Assembly (NCBI GenBank): GCA_951406725.2
Contig: OX597825.1
Location: 51,956,001-52,020,000, forward strand
Length of the DNA: 64,000 nucleotides
DNA from: Octopus vulgaris
Taxonomy: Eukaryota
Direction of reading: 5' to 3'
How positions within the stretch are numbered: position 1 is the stretch's first letter; each line of letters starts with the position of its first letter. Positions 39,037 through 52,535 of this stretch are shown here, piece by piece. Both the position numbers and the translations under genes were made by a program. The notes under the pieces are model-generated. The model was not told where the DNA came from, ran no database searches, and worked only from the letters and a program-made list of their open reading frames with translations.

Positions 39037-39375
39037 ATTCTTTTATTCTTTTATTTGTTTCAGTCATTTGACTGCGGCCATGCTGGAGCACCGCCTTTCC
39101 GAACCGTTAAGTTACGGGGATGTAAACACACCAGCATCGGTTGTCAAACGATGTTGGGGGTACAAAAACAGACACACAAACATATATACACACACACACA
39201 TATATATATATATATATGATGGGCTTCTTTCAGTTTCCGTCAACCAAATCTACTCACAAGGCTTTGATCAGCCCGAAGCTATAGTGGAAGACACTTGCCC
39301 AAGGTGCCACACAGTGGGACTGAACCCGGAACCATGTGGTTGGTAAGCAAGCTACTTACCACACAGCCACTCCTG
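39037..39375 (-). mobile_element. SINE family A copy with an internal deletion
   Basis: Same family; lacks the gtcgagcaaatcgacccc..ttattctat segment. Confidence 0.85.
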
Positions 39376-39743
39376 TACCTTTGTGTATATAAATATGCCG
39401 GCTACTGAGGATAGAATGGAATGACTACTGTGTTGATGATGCCCATTGAGGCAGCAACATGTATGCATATCTATCCACTTGTCTCTGGACAATACAACTT
39501 GTCTTTTCTTTATTGGCATGTCAGTTTTCTAGAACTTTTGATACTTGAGACTGTCAGCCTTTCTCTTCTGGAGTCAATCCCAGTCACCACCAGGCAACTG
39601 CTTCACCTTCTCTGGAAGCAGAAATTATTCTAATAAATCAAAAATGTATAGTATTTAATATATATATATATACCGGAGTAAACACATAAATGTGAAACAA
39701 GGTGGATAAAAGAGTACTCAAATACCAGTGGTAGAGTAATATG

Positions 39744-39850
39744 CTTTATTTAAAGCAGCAGAAAATTCAACAAAACCTGTTGAAAAAGTTGTTTTATATA
39801 AAAAAATTTTTTCAACAGGTTTTGTTGAATTTTCTGCTGCTTTAAATAAA

Positions 39851-39851
<1 letters not shown>
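39744..39851. repeat. Perfect 44-bp-arm hairpin between (TA)n tracts
   Basis: ctttatttaaagcagcagaaaattcaacaaaacctgttgaaaaa (39744-87) and its exact reverse complement (39808-51), 20-nt spacer. Confidence 0.9.
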
Positions 39852-39889
<38 letters not shown>

Positions 39890-39890
<1 letters not shown>

Positions 39891-40194
39891 TAGCACTATG
39901 ACACGGTAACACTGGGTCATAGTGCTAGTGCATGCACATACACGCGAGTACTGTCCAAATCTCTGACCAATCACATACAGCTAGCTGGAATTCAGTTGGC
40001 GCATCAAGTTTCGAGCATTTTGATTGGGTTTTGGATAAAAAATTCACAAAAAAGTCACTTCTATTGATTTTTTAATGGCTTTGCAGGTTGACTGGGGAAA
40101 TGTAAAGATGTGCACGACCACCCTTGGACGGTGTTGAATGACCACAGAGAGTGCGAGCCCTCTAACTGAAAAATTGTGGATTTGTATAAAGGAT

Positions 40195-40225
<31 letters not shown>

Positions 40226-40257
40226 CACACAGACGTTTTGCTGTTTATATATATAGA
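39890..40257 (-). mobile_element. Non-autonomous Helitron
   Basis: 5' TCTATATATATAAA, internal (GT)n, 3' hairpin ctagcactatgac-N13-gtcatagtgCTAG. Confidence 0.7.
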
Positions 40258-40940
40258 GCTACTCCCTCTCTTGTTCTTCATCCTTTCTGGTTTTCTCTTT
40301 CACCCTTCCCTATTCTTCTCCTCTCTCTTACTCCTCCTCAACACTCTCTTTACTGACACGTGATGAGAGGGAATCAATCTTTCTCACTACTACCTTCAAA
40401 AAGACTAAATGGGCTTATCCTGTCTCTTCATAAGCTCATCTGCTTAAAGTGTTTAGAATAATTTTTCCATTGTCTTGGCTTGACAGCCCTCATCGTTTGT
40501 TTTTACTGTTTTGTTCTCACTGTCCTGTTCTTGTTACCACTTTCACCCACCGAAAAAATCCCAAATTTTATTTAATTTGCTTTGCGGGAAGGACTGGTTC
40601 AACAAAGTTGTGTCTTGTCCTTACCTTCAAAACGTGGGGTAAATGAAACAGGGACAACTGAAGAAGGAGAATATTCCTTGTGTTGCATGTCTTGCACTCT
40701 GTTTTTTTCGTTGTTTAAAAAATAGTTTGTTTCCATGTTTTTGTTTCTCATTGTGATCAACGTCTTTTTGATGTCCTGTACCCATATATGCATGTATATA
40801 TACATATGTATGTAGGTATGTAGATATATGTATGAATATATGCATATATTTATATATTATCTATATTTATATATATATATATATATCTTTATTTCTTTTT
40901 TGCACATACAGGTATATGTATGTATATGTGGGGTTGGGAA

Positions 40941-40972
<32 letters not shown>

Positions 40973-42186
40973 AGTGTGTGAGTGTTAAACACTTCATGTG
41001 TTACATTTATTTTGCTCTCAAATCAACTCTGTATGATAGAGTATTTTGCCAACTATTCAGTTTCAAATACACACACACATGCACACACACATGCACACAT
41101 ACACATGCACACACACATACACACACACACACACATGCACATATATAAATGAGTGGTGAGATATCACGTGCTTGACAGTTCCATCTTATTCCATTTACAT
41201 TTTTATTTGATAGTAAACAACATTGTTCAGATTTACAGAAATTCCCAATTGGTTATAAAATACTGGCTAAGCTTTTTTTCTACAGAGTATTGTGATGATC
41301 AAGTACATTTAGAGCCTATTGATTGTAGACATGCATGTCTAGATATATAATTTTATTAATTACTATATGTTGCACTGCCTATTTGAATGGTTTGTATGCA
41401 AACCCTTGCTTTACAATTTAGCCCCATTCTGAATATTAAAGTTGCTTTTCTACATATCTCGCATTTACAATCCATGGAAGGGAAATATAGCTAAATTCTA
41501 ACAGCACTGTAGATGGATGGATAGATAGATAGATTCATGGTATTACATTTCAAAATATAATTTGCCAAAGATTATATAATTGTACCCTACTCTACATTGA
41601 ACTATCCCTTCAGATATAATTTGATAATTATTGATATATATTTCACTGTAATTAATTAAAATATTTGTAGCTTCCAAATTCTGAGAGCTTTTCTATGAAT
41701 CTTTACAGAGTTTAAAGATTTGTAAAGAATATAGAATGACTCACCTCTTGAGACATTCTCTCTTCTATAATCAATCTGGTAAATGAATGTATTGAATTGG
41801 AGTGAGTCCTGTCTGCCTGCAAATCTAAACTAATTCTAACAAGGAATTAATTAAACCTTTAGCAGTGGTAACACCTCTCTGTCACTGATATTTCTAATTC
41901 AGTTTAGAAATAGCTTAGCAATTGGTTATCATCTGGTTGTATTATGTAGAACAATACTCAGAAAACAATTATACTTAAATTCTCAAAGATAATTCTACAT
42001 GTGACTATATATTAACATCCAATTAGTTAAATCTTAATTAATAAGTATTTTATTAATCGTTTAGCTGGTAATGTCTCCTTGGTTAGATCTAGGATTAATT
42101 TGATGGTTTTGATATTAATTCCCAATAGTTACTGGTTGAGGAGTGAGGGAAGAGAGAGATAAATATATTGGAAGATCAAGTGAATG

Positions 42187-42187
42187 T

Positions 42188-42271
<84 letters not shown>
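42187..42271. repeat. (GATA)n microsatellite
   Basis: Directly visible. Confidence 0.95.
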
Positions 42272-45052
42272 CAGATTGGTAGATAGAGCAAGAGAGAGAT
42301 AGAGAGATTTCTAAATCATAGGTCAGAGATGATAATCAGAATTTCATGCAAACAACTGCTGTTATTGATGGTTGAAAAGTCTAATTATATTGCTTACGAT
42401 AGGAGATAGAATGAACAGACGTTGGAAGCATTGATACAACAAAAGTACTTTGACAGAGAGAAAAGAGGGGGAAAGTGAAAAGAGTGACAAAGAAAGGAGA
42501 AAGAGTGAGAAAGTAGGAGAGAAAAGAGTATGTAATATAACAAGCTGAAGGGAGGGAAAGAGAGAGAGAGAGGATAGATGTCTTTTCTATTGAATGACTA
42601 ATCAAAAGAGAGGAAATATGCAAGGATTATGAAAGTAGAAAAAAAGAAGATTGCTCATAAAAAAAGGGTAACAATAAAAAGTATTCTAGCGAAATGTCTT
42701 ATAGTAGATTCCTTCCTAGTGACTTTCTGTCAGTGTGGAACAGATTTTGGTTTATCGTCACCGTTATCTTCAAAAAAAATAGAAACCAAAAAAGGAAAAT
42801 ATAAAAATACAAGAAATAACAAACGAAGTAAGAAAAAAAGTAATAATAATAATAATAATAATAATCAATTATTGAACTGAAATATACTATTCAAGTATGA
42901 TTAGGGTCTGTATTGGAGAAAGGAAGAACTGTAAAATCTAAAAATCAGATATAAAAAGACATAAATGAAGAAAATGAAGAATGAAAACTTTATTCTGACT
43001 GCAACCTAATCATTTTCCTTCAGTTGATAATGTTGGAATAATAATGTCTAGAATTATGTTCAGAGTATAAATCTCTCTCATCATTATTATTTTATTTTAT
43101 TTATTTTCTTTTAGTGCCCCTTTCAGAAACCTGCCAATTGTGAGGGTACCTTCAGAACATTGTGTTCATTTATTGATGTCTACTTGCCACAGGCAGATAG
43201 TTCCTTCTCTAATCATTTTACTTTCACATATTCTACCCTTCAACCTTAATATTAGTCTCCTACTCCTTTTCCTTCTTTTTTCTCCTCTTTTTTCTTCTTC
43301 TACAGTGATAGTAAATATGAGGAAGCAATTTATATTTCTCATTTGCAGTGTTTACTTCATACTTCAAGCAGAAAAAAGAAAAATGTATTGCTTTTAAACC
43401 CACACAGTATGGAAAAGAAATTAAGAGACTTTATTGCCACAAGAGTTGCAAGTACTAATCCAAAATTACAGTCTTCAGTGATGAGTTGTTCCAACACTAA
43501 TTTTCCTATAAGTAATTATGGAGAGTAAGTAGAAAGTGATATCAACATCTCAAAGATTATGGATTCTAATAATTAAGTTTTCAAAGCTGCCCAACAAATA
43601 CTGAGTAAGTAGAGCATATTCAACAGTGACCCATACATTAGGGGTGTCAGTCAAATTATCAGCAGTTTGAACAAGCATAGCAGCAGAGTGAAAAAATTTA
43701 ATCCTGGTTCAATCACAATATCTCCAATCAGAATTTCGGATCATTTGTTGCAATAGTGATGGTGGAAGCAGTGTCCAAGATGTGCATGGTTGAAAATAGA
43801 ACTCTTCTTTTCTGACCTAGTCAGTATTGTCAGATACAACTGAAAATGGAGGGTAAGATTGGAAGGGGTAAATATACTAATCCATAACTGTTCTAAAAGT
43901 CACATATTTAACAAACATGATGTGAATGTATTAGCTTGCTCTGAATATTTGTCTTTAGATTGTGCAATGAAATTTCTCATATTAAATAGAACAGTTCAGG
44001 TTTTATTTTTATAGAAATCTCCCAATTTTGTGATTGAATAAAGCATCAAATGTTTCCATATAGATACATCATAGCAGGATTCATTTCTTTGTAACCTCCA
44101 AGCGTTTATAGAGAAGTTAAGGAGATTAGATATGATTGTATGTTTTTTGGGGAAAAGGTTACAATTGACAACAACCAGATTCATTGGAAAAGTTTATGCA
44201 CACACATGCATAGTTTTGTAGAACAATTAATTTACCCCATCTAACTATCTGTAACTGTGTCAACACTTATAAATGCTAGTTTATGAGAATTGCCTGGTAA
44301 AGTCATTAGTATAATGTATTAAAGTATAACCAAGTAACAATTTGAGACCAAAGATTTTCATTGGATTAATGGAACATAGTTTTAAGGTTTGAATTTTTCA
44401 ATACATGCATACCTTGACTAATTCTGAAAGATAAATGTAGGTGCAGGCAAGGCTGTGTGATAAGATGCTTGCTTCCCAATCACATGGTTCCAGTTTCAGT
44501 TCCACTTCATGACATCTTGGGCAAGTATCTTTGTGAGTGGATTAGGTAGACAAAAACTAAAAGAAGAATATCATATGTGTGTATGTGTGTGCAAGAAAGA
44601 AGACTGTACTGGTATAGACATGCAATATGTAAGGATGAGGACAGCTACATAAAGAAGTGCCAGTCATCAAATATGGCTGGAACTTGTGGAAGAAGAGCCA
44701 GGAAGACAAGGGATGAGATAGTGAAAATTGATCTCAGGATCTTACAGAAGTGGTTGCATAGGACTGGGTTGGCTGACAGTATCTGGTTCTTGAGAAGGTG
44801 CACCCACTTCAGCAAACCTGAGTTCTGGCAGAATCATGTGTATCTGTGTTTGCATGTGCATGTATGTATGTGTGTGTGTATGTGTAAATGTAGGTATGTG
44901 TGTGTGTGTGCATGTATGTATGTACGTGTGTATATACATATGTACATCTGGGGCCATTCATCCAATTTTTTTCTACTCAAAATATCTACTAGTACTATAA
45001 CCATCAAACTGCCTTCTTAACTGCAGTTCTTTCTTAATATTTTCTTTCTTAT

Positions 45053-45267
45053 TAAGGCAGTGAGCTGGCAGAAATGTTAGCACACCAGGCGAGATGCTTT
45101 GCAGCAGTTTGTCTCTTTATGTTCTGAGTTCAAATTCCACCAAGGTCGACTTTGCCTTTCAACCTTTTGGGGTCGATAAATTAAATACCAGATGTGTACT
45201 GGGGTCGATCTAATTGCCTGCCCCTCTCCTCCGAAATTTCGGGCCTTGTGCCTAGAGTAGAAAAGAA
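45053..45267 (+). mobile_element. SINE family B copy
   Basis: Matches 22844-23060. Further related copies at ~531-735 (-) and ~48845-49055 (+). Confidence 0.8.
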
Positions 45268-45714
45268 TATTTTCTTTCTTACTATCCACTTCACTTGTTA
45301 TCCATCTTTTATCCATTGATACTCATCTTTCCATCCACATTTTCATTGATCCCTACTACTGTTCCATCAAATTATCTCTTCACCTCATGTCTCACTCTCC
45401 TCACTCACTATGATGCTTCCCATTCACTCCTGCAAACTACCCAACAGCATATCATCTCTCTGTTTACTATACCATCATTTATATTTTGCTGCTCTGCACT
45501 ATTAGACATCCACCACCCCCAACTCACACCTGGCTCCTCTGCTCCCCCCTTCATTCTTACCTACCTCATAGCTTGAAGGTTTAACTGCTTACTTCATCAT
45601 CATCATTACATTTATTGCTTTTCAGCTCCTCCTTATCACCTTCCCCTTCTCTCCTTAAATGGGAGTAGTCATGCAGCTTCTCTACAGCAAGAAGTCTTTC
45701 TTTCATACTGTTCC

Positions 45715-45821
45715 TGTTGTACCCTTATGAGATGGATAGTCATGATGGATATACTGGACGTTGTATATTTTACCCCAGTGTTACTTTGATGGCATGCACT
45801 GCTCTCTCAATAATAATGATA

Positions 45822-45882
<61 letters not shown>

Positions 45883-46387
45883 TGGAAGTGTTATCAGGTA
45901 CATTGTTTTGTCTTGGTATAAAAGATGGGCTACAGCAAGTATTCTGCTCAATACCACGGATTTGCTTGTCAGTTGTTTGAGCTTAACCAGTTGACCATGC
46001 CTCTTAGTGGCTGATGATATGTGCATCTCTGATCATGAGCAGAAGTAGTGGGGGAGCATCATAGCCGTGTGTTGAAAGGAATTCTTAGAGGTTTGGATAA
46101 TTCACCTTTGGAAACATGGGTGGTTCGTTCAACATCCTTAAACAATCCTTATTCATGGACCTTTTGAGTGGGATGGGCTACTCGACCAGAAGAAAATTCT
46201 AACTGGGTCCCACCTGCAAGGTCATGCGCTGTTTATCTTGATATATCACCCTGTCGTGCACATACAGTTGTGATGCATGTGCCTGGTGTACCCTAATCAG
46301 ACGGGTAGTCATGATGGGTATACTGGGCTTCGTATATTTAACCCCAGCATCACTTTGATGGCATGCACTGCTCTCTCACTCAAAAAT

Positions 46388-46440
<53 letters not shown>

Positions 46441-46448
46441 TAATAACT
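45715..46448 (+). mobile_element. Two stacked 5'-truncated retroelement 3' ends, each followed by (TAA)n
   Basis: tgtaccct..tagtcatgatgg..tatactgg..accccag..actttgatggcatgcactgctctc occurs at 45718-45808 and 46287-46382, each followed by a (TAA)n tail. Confidence 0.7.
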
Positions 46449-46449
46449 G

Positions 46450-47220
46450 AAAGCCTAATCCTCACTGCCCAGGACCAGGTACTGAATACCAATTCAGTGT
46501 AAAAAGGGATATATACCACACAAATGCAATGATCCTCTGCTGAATGTGTGGAAAGAGGGTTGAAGCATGACTCGCATTTTTTGTGCTTGTGAAAGTTTTA
46601 TGCAGAAAGACTACAAGCACAGACACAGCAAGGTATGCCAAAATTTTTCACTGGTTACTATGCTGAAGGTATGGCTACAAGATAATGGTTACTTTGTTAC
46701 AACACACACTAGAAAAGTTAATGGATGAAAATGAAAAGGCAAAGAATCTCTGGGACTTTGACTTCCTGACAGACAAAGTGTTAGAGCACCAAATGCCGGA
46801 TATAGTAACCTTTAGGAGAGACAAACAAGAGTGCCTAATAATCAATTTGGCAGTGCCAGGAGATCAATATGTTATCATGATAGAAAGAGAACAGCTTCAT
46901 AAACATGGAGACCAGAGAACTGAGATCACCAAGATGTGACAGCTGTGAGAGTCAGACATAAAGGTTGTCCCTGTTGTCATCAGAGCATTGGGTTCAATGC
47001 CGCTCAACCTGAAGAAACATCTGGACATTTAAAAAATAACCTACGATCTTGGTGCATTGCAAAAATTGGCTTTGCTTGGAACTGCACACATACAGCATAA
47101 AGTTCTGTCTGTCTGCAGTACTTGTGACTTGACAGACAGTACAAACCCCCAGAAAAAACAATATCTTCAACCTACAACATCACAATATTGAATACTGTCA
47201 TTAATAATGATAATAATAAA
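46450..47220 (+). mobile_element. Second R4/Dong-like RLE LINE 3' fragment
   Basis: Decayed CxxC knuckle, YKHRH, LWDFDFLTDKVLEHQMPDIV, IINLAVPGD, VVPVVI, LQKLALLGTAH; bounded by (TAA)n-like tracts. Confidence 0.8.
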
Positions 47221-47525
47221 CCTATCTGCTATAGATACAAGGTCTGAAATTTACTAGTACTTTATTATATCAACCCTTGAAAGGACAGAAGACAAGAGAT
47301 ACAGACTCAGAAGAAATACTGCAAGACATTTTTCCAGTGCTCTAACAACTCTCCTAAATCACCACAACCATCAGAAAGTGATAGATAAATTTTATTGTCT
47401 TTTAGTGAATGCTTAGTAAATATTCTGTAGCATGAAATATAACCCACAAGGATGTACTCTATTATTTGATTTGTGTACCATAGTTTTCTTCATGTAAGGT
47501 GTACATTTGTGACACACATACTGAG

Positions 47526-47591
<66 letters not shown>

Positions 47592-50500
47592 CACATGTAT
47601 ATGTTTATGTGTGTGTTTGTATGAACACAAAGCAAGTGAATAAAAAGGAAAAAGTATTATATGCTTGGAGGTAAAAACTTACTGAATTGACTTCCTTATT
47701 ACTCATCTTCAATTATTTTGAACCATAGGGCAAGAAATATTAGTAAAGTGCACCCGTTTATAAAAGTGTAATTAATATATATAATAGGACACATTGAAAG
47801 TGTTGATGATTTGCTGAAAGGATTATGTTAGATTCCAGTCTTGAGGCCCTCATTTAAAGAATTCTTCATTCTCATTTAACATTCAATGTCTATGTTACAA
47901 GCAGGCATGCGTTAGATGGTTCGACAAGAACCAATGGGCCCAAAATCTGTGTCATGCTCCATTATGATTTCTTCAGCTGGATGCACTTCCTCATGTCAAC
48001 CACTTTACAGCATGTACTGGGTCCTTTTGTCATGCCACCATCACTAGTGATTGGTGCCTTGAAGATTACAAGACTAGAAGTCCCAAAAGGACTAAATGTA
48101 TGCTAGGAGATAAGGAGTAGCAAAGAAGTGGCAAAGCGAGAGAGAGGAGGGCAGAGAGGAAGTGAGAGGGAGAGAGGGAGAGAGAAAGGGAAATAAGAGA
48201 GAGAGTTAGAAAGAAAGAGAGTGATGACGACATTTGCTTTGTGTTTTTAAATGTTTCAGAGAGGAAGTAAGAGAGAAAGAGAGAGAGAGTGAAAGAGAGA
48301 GAGAGAAAGTGAGAGAGTGAAAGAAACAGTGAGTGGTGACGGCATTTGTTAACCTTAAATAACCTTGCTCTGATTTGTGCCTCAGAGGGAAACTTTCTAG
48401 GTGCAATCTCATGTACATTCATGACTGAGGGGGATCTTTACTCTTTTATTAAAGGGACTACAAATGTTGGGACTCAAAGAGAGGATGATAAGGGACTGAG
48501 ACTCCTGGCTGTTTGCTGAAAAAAACAGGCCAAATGAAGTAAAGTTTGGTTGCCCCTGCATACAGGCTTGTCACTTGCAACCCTCTCCAGCTGAGCAACC
48601 CTAATCTTGCAGGCCCATAAGTGCTGGTACCATGTAAAATGCATCCATACTGGAGCTGCATAAAAGCACCCAGTACCCTCTGTAAAGTGGTTGGCATTAA
48701 GATGGGCATACAGCCATAGAAACTAAGTCAAAACAGACATGAAAACTGAACAAACCTTCAGCTGGTCAGCTTCTGTCAAACCGTCCAACCCATGCCAGCA
48801 TGGAAAATGCACATTGAATGATGATAATAATATTGTTATTATTAAGGTAATGAGCTGGTAGAATTATTAGCACATTGGACAAAATGCTTACCTGCATTTC
48901 TTCTGGCTCTTTGTGTTCTGAGCACAAACTAAGGCCAACTTTGCCTTCCATCCTTTCAAGGTTGATAAAACAGAGTACCTATCAAGTACAGCAGTTGATA
49001 TAACCAACTTTCCACCTCTCAACACTGCTGGACTTGTGTGCTAAAATTTGAAATCATCATCACTATTATTATTATTATGCTGAGCAGAGGAATCATAGAT
49101 GGAGTCTCTATCAAAAGACTAACTATAGTGCATCCATAAGGACAGCATCCATAGTTGTGTCATCAGCAAATAAAAGATTCACTATCTTTCAAGCTTCCAA
49201 TTCAAATTCATAATAATGGAATTGGATGGTGACAGAGTGTCGTGGGAATTTGTGAAAGCAGTGAAATCAAGAGAAATTATCATTATTATTGGTAGTTCTG
49301 CAAAGACTGCTTATATTCATATAACTGATGTTCAGGTTGAATATCAGATGTCCTCAGAAACAGGGAGGATTTCGGAGAGTTGTACATTCCAGTGAGGATA
49401 CATTGCTAAAACCTTGTTGTTCTGAGGTGTGTGATTTAAACATGATACCTGGAATGAGTTGGTGAGGGACAGGTGTGCTGGCTGAGCCTAATTAAATGCA
49501 GAATGCAACTTGCTAGATAAGAAGTTGGTGCCAAGGTCAAAATGGCTGTCTTAAGCTTCAGCAAGAGATACAGTGAGAATACTTCTCATGTCAGCTGCAA
49601 CAGCAGGTTAGAGTAATAGCAACAATAACAACAGTAATAGTAGTAACAGTAGTAGCAGTAGCAACAGCAACAGTATCATCAATGGCGACAATTAGAAGCT
49701 GTATCAACTGCAATAACAATGGAACATGAACAATCAGGTGTCTCTAGTATTTAAACTGATATATTGGTGTACATGTATCACAAACTTGTACAAAAGCACT
49801 ATCTTTTGGGTCACTTCATTTCATCTTTCATTGCTTGGCTACATACAAGCACATTATAACATCACAACAGAGTGTCTGTGTGTGTATACACATGCATGTG
49901 TGTATGTATACCACACACACACACACACAGAGGAGGTGCAGATGTGGCCGTGTGGTAAAAATCTTGCTTGCCAACCACATGATTTTGGGCTTAGTCCCAC
50001 TGTATATCAACATGGGCAAGTGTCTTCTACTATAGTTCCAAGCCAACCAAAGCCATGTAAGTGGATTTGTTAGATGGAAAGAAAAGGAAGTTAGTTATGT
50101 GTGTGTGATGACATCTACAAACTGTGCATGTGTGATAATGGATACATGTTTATTTGTATAAGTGATAATAAATATATTGTATTTGTGCAGCTGTGTTGGT
50201 ATATACAGAGAATATGCCTATTTGATTGTGCTGAAGCAGTATGTGTGACAATGCGTTAAGTAAGAAGGGTTGGCAAAATTCATTTTCCTTTACATGGGCT
50301 TTTGAGACTAATTGGCAGAAAAAGAAGAATGTATACTCAAACCAAAATTCTGGCTTGAATGCTTGCAACATAGCAAAGCCCCCATCTCACACTGAAGGTA
50401 CTCAAGTGCCAAGTGGTAGTGTTATATATCTAGATGACGGATCAATACTGCCACCTACTTGGGCCAAGGTATGATATTAACTCAGTATGCAAAGAATCAG

Positions 50501-51143
50501 AACAAATACTATGAGACATCTGATTCAACATTCTTACAGTGTTGTTAGTCCGCTACTCTTGATTGTCTTTTTCTGTTATTATCTGGCAAAAAGATTGAAG
50601 ACAAAGTTAACTTATGAATGATTTGAACTCATAACAAAGGGATTCATAATATACATCCTGTGAAGCATTCTACCTGACACCTTTAAGATTCCATCATATG
50701 GTTGCTGATTTTGTTGAGTTTAAATTTCTGTGTGAAAAGGTGTATATTTATTGTGCTGCATGTGTGGTATTATATTTACAGTGTCTACATGTGTGTTCAT
50801 ATACATTTGTGTGTGTGTGTGCACGCATGTATGTATGGGTGTGTGATTGAGGATTAGCATATACATGAATGCATATTTTTTATCATTTTAATGTTGCAAT
50901 CATTGTGCTATGGCAATGCTGTGGCAACACCTTCAAAGATTTAATCCAACAAATCAACCTTAAAACTTATTTCTTTGGTTCCTTTCATTGAATCACGAAG
51001 TCATGGGGACATAAGCAAAACAACTCACAAAGACACATACACATACACACACTTATACTCTGCTTCCCCCTCCATACACACACAGTGTTTGGGCTAAATT
51101 TGACAATTTGCATAAAAAGAAAAGAAAACACAATATCCCACTC

Positions 51144-51518
51144 TCTCTTTTTACTCTTTTACTTGTTTCAGTCATTTAACTGTGGCCATGCTGGAGCACC
51201 ACCTTTAGCCGAGCAAATCGAGCCCAGGCCTTATTCTTTGTAAGCCTAGTACTTATTCTATCAGTCTCCTTTCCCGAACTGCTAAGTTATGGGGACATAA
51301 ACACACCAGCATCAGTTGCCAAGCGATGATAAGGGGACAAACATAGATACACAAACACACACACACGCACACAGAGATGTATATATATATATATATACAT
51401 ATATACAACAGGCTTTTTTTCAGTTTCTGTCTACCAAATCCACTCACAAGGCTTTGGTCAGCCTGAGGCTATAGTAGAAGACACTTACCCAAGGTGCCAC
51501 ACAGTGGTACTGAACCCA
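51144..51518 (-). mobile_element. SINE family A copy, 5' head truncated
   Basis: Same family sequence; ends at ctgaaccc. Confidence 0.8.
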
Positions 51519-51529
51519 CCAAAACAATA

Positions 51530-52330
51530 TTTTAAAAAGTCAAAACATATCATCTTGATTATGACTGGGAGATAACAGTTTACTCAAAGTAGGCACATTA
51601 AATTCTGCCACAGACTCGAGATGGTTCTGGAACCCAGAACATGCAATGAACGCTTTTAAATGCCACCTTAATCTTGGCCACCCAGTTAGCCTTGCTGCTG
51701 CAAGCAGACCAGTTGTTGTATTTCCCATCCATGACCCACATATAGTAATCCATGGGATTACATTTGGAGGAATTTAAAAGCAAGAAATTGGTGCTGGTGA
51801 AATCGTACAAATTCTCCAACAACTATTTCTGACTTTTTCCAGAGCTATAGCAAGGAGCTGAATCCTGCTGTACACACAGATGGAGTTCCAACAGCTACCC
51901 TCACCAATCAGTAATTCACTAGTTTCCAGCAGCTTCACATACCCATCTGAATAGAGTGCTAGACCTTGTTCATCAGTTGATGGAACTCCAGTGTATGAAT
52001 GCAGTCAGAATGTCTACCATGTCCTTTCAGTTGGCCACAGCATTACAGTTCCCATTGCAGCTGCCCATGTCACATCCTATAGCTTTTACAATGTTCTCAG
52101 AGCATTGAGCCACAGTCATGATGCCAGCATTTTGATACTCAGTGCAAATCATAATCATCCAAGTAACTCTTTTCCAATATTCAAATAGTTTTCTCTCTTC
52201 CATGTCAGCTAGCTTTTTGCAACTACAACTTTAATCTTTGTACTTCCTAACAGCATTGGTTGTTCACCAATACATCTAACAGTTCCAGAAAGAAGGGGAC
52301 ATTAAAAAAATCATCATATTTAGCCTGAAC
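51530..52330 (-). mobile_element. Tc1/mariner-superfamily transposase relic
   Basis: QDSAPCY and LNSSKCNPMDYYMW resemble the QDxAPxH and WPPNSPDLNPxDYxxW motifs. Confidence 0.55.
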
Positions 52331-52502
52331 ACCCTGCCTATATATATATATCATAATCATCACCGTCATCGTTTAACGTCCGTTTTCCATCCTAGCATGG
52401 GTTAGACAGTTTGACCGGGGTCTGGGAAGCCAGGAGGCTGCACCAGGGTCAGTCTGATCTGGCAGTGTTTCTACAGCTGGATGCCCTTCCTAACGCCAAC
52501 CA

Positions 52503-52535
<33 letters not shown>

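Noticed and set aside
40645-40700. ctgaagaagg..ttcctt as another hammerhead (also the aaaacgttaaac remnant at ~55462-55480, minus)
   Set aside because: No complete core: GAAA is missing after stem II in the first, and CUGANGA is missing in the second.
41745-41775. Possible 31-nt minus-strand micro-exon (catttaccag ... GAG/gtgagt)
   Set aside because: Good splice-like signals, but no partner exons or homology; could be chance in 64 kb.
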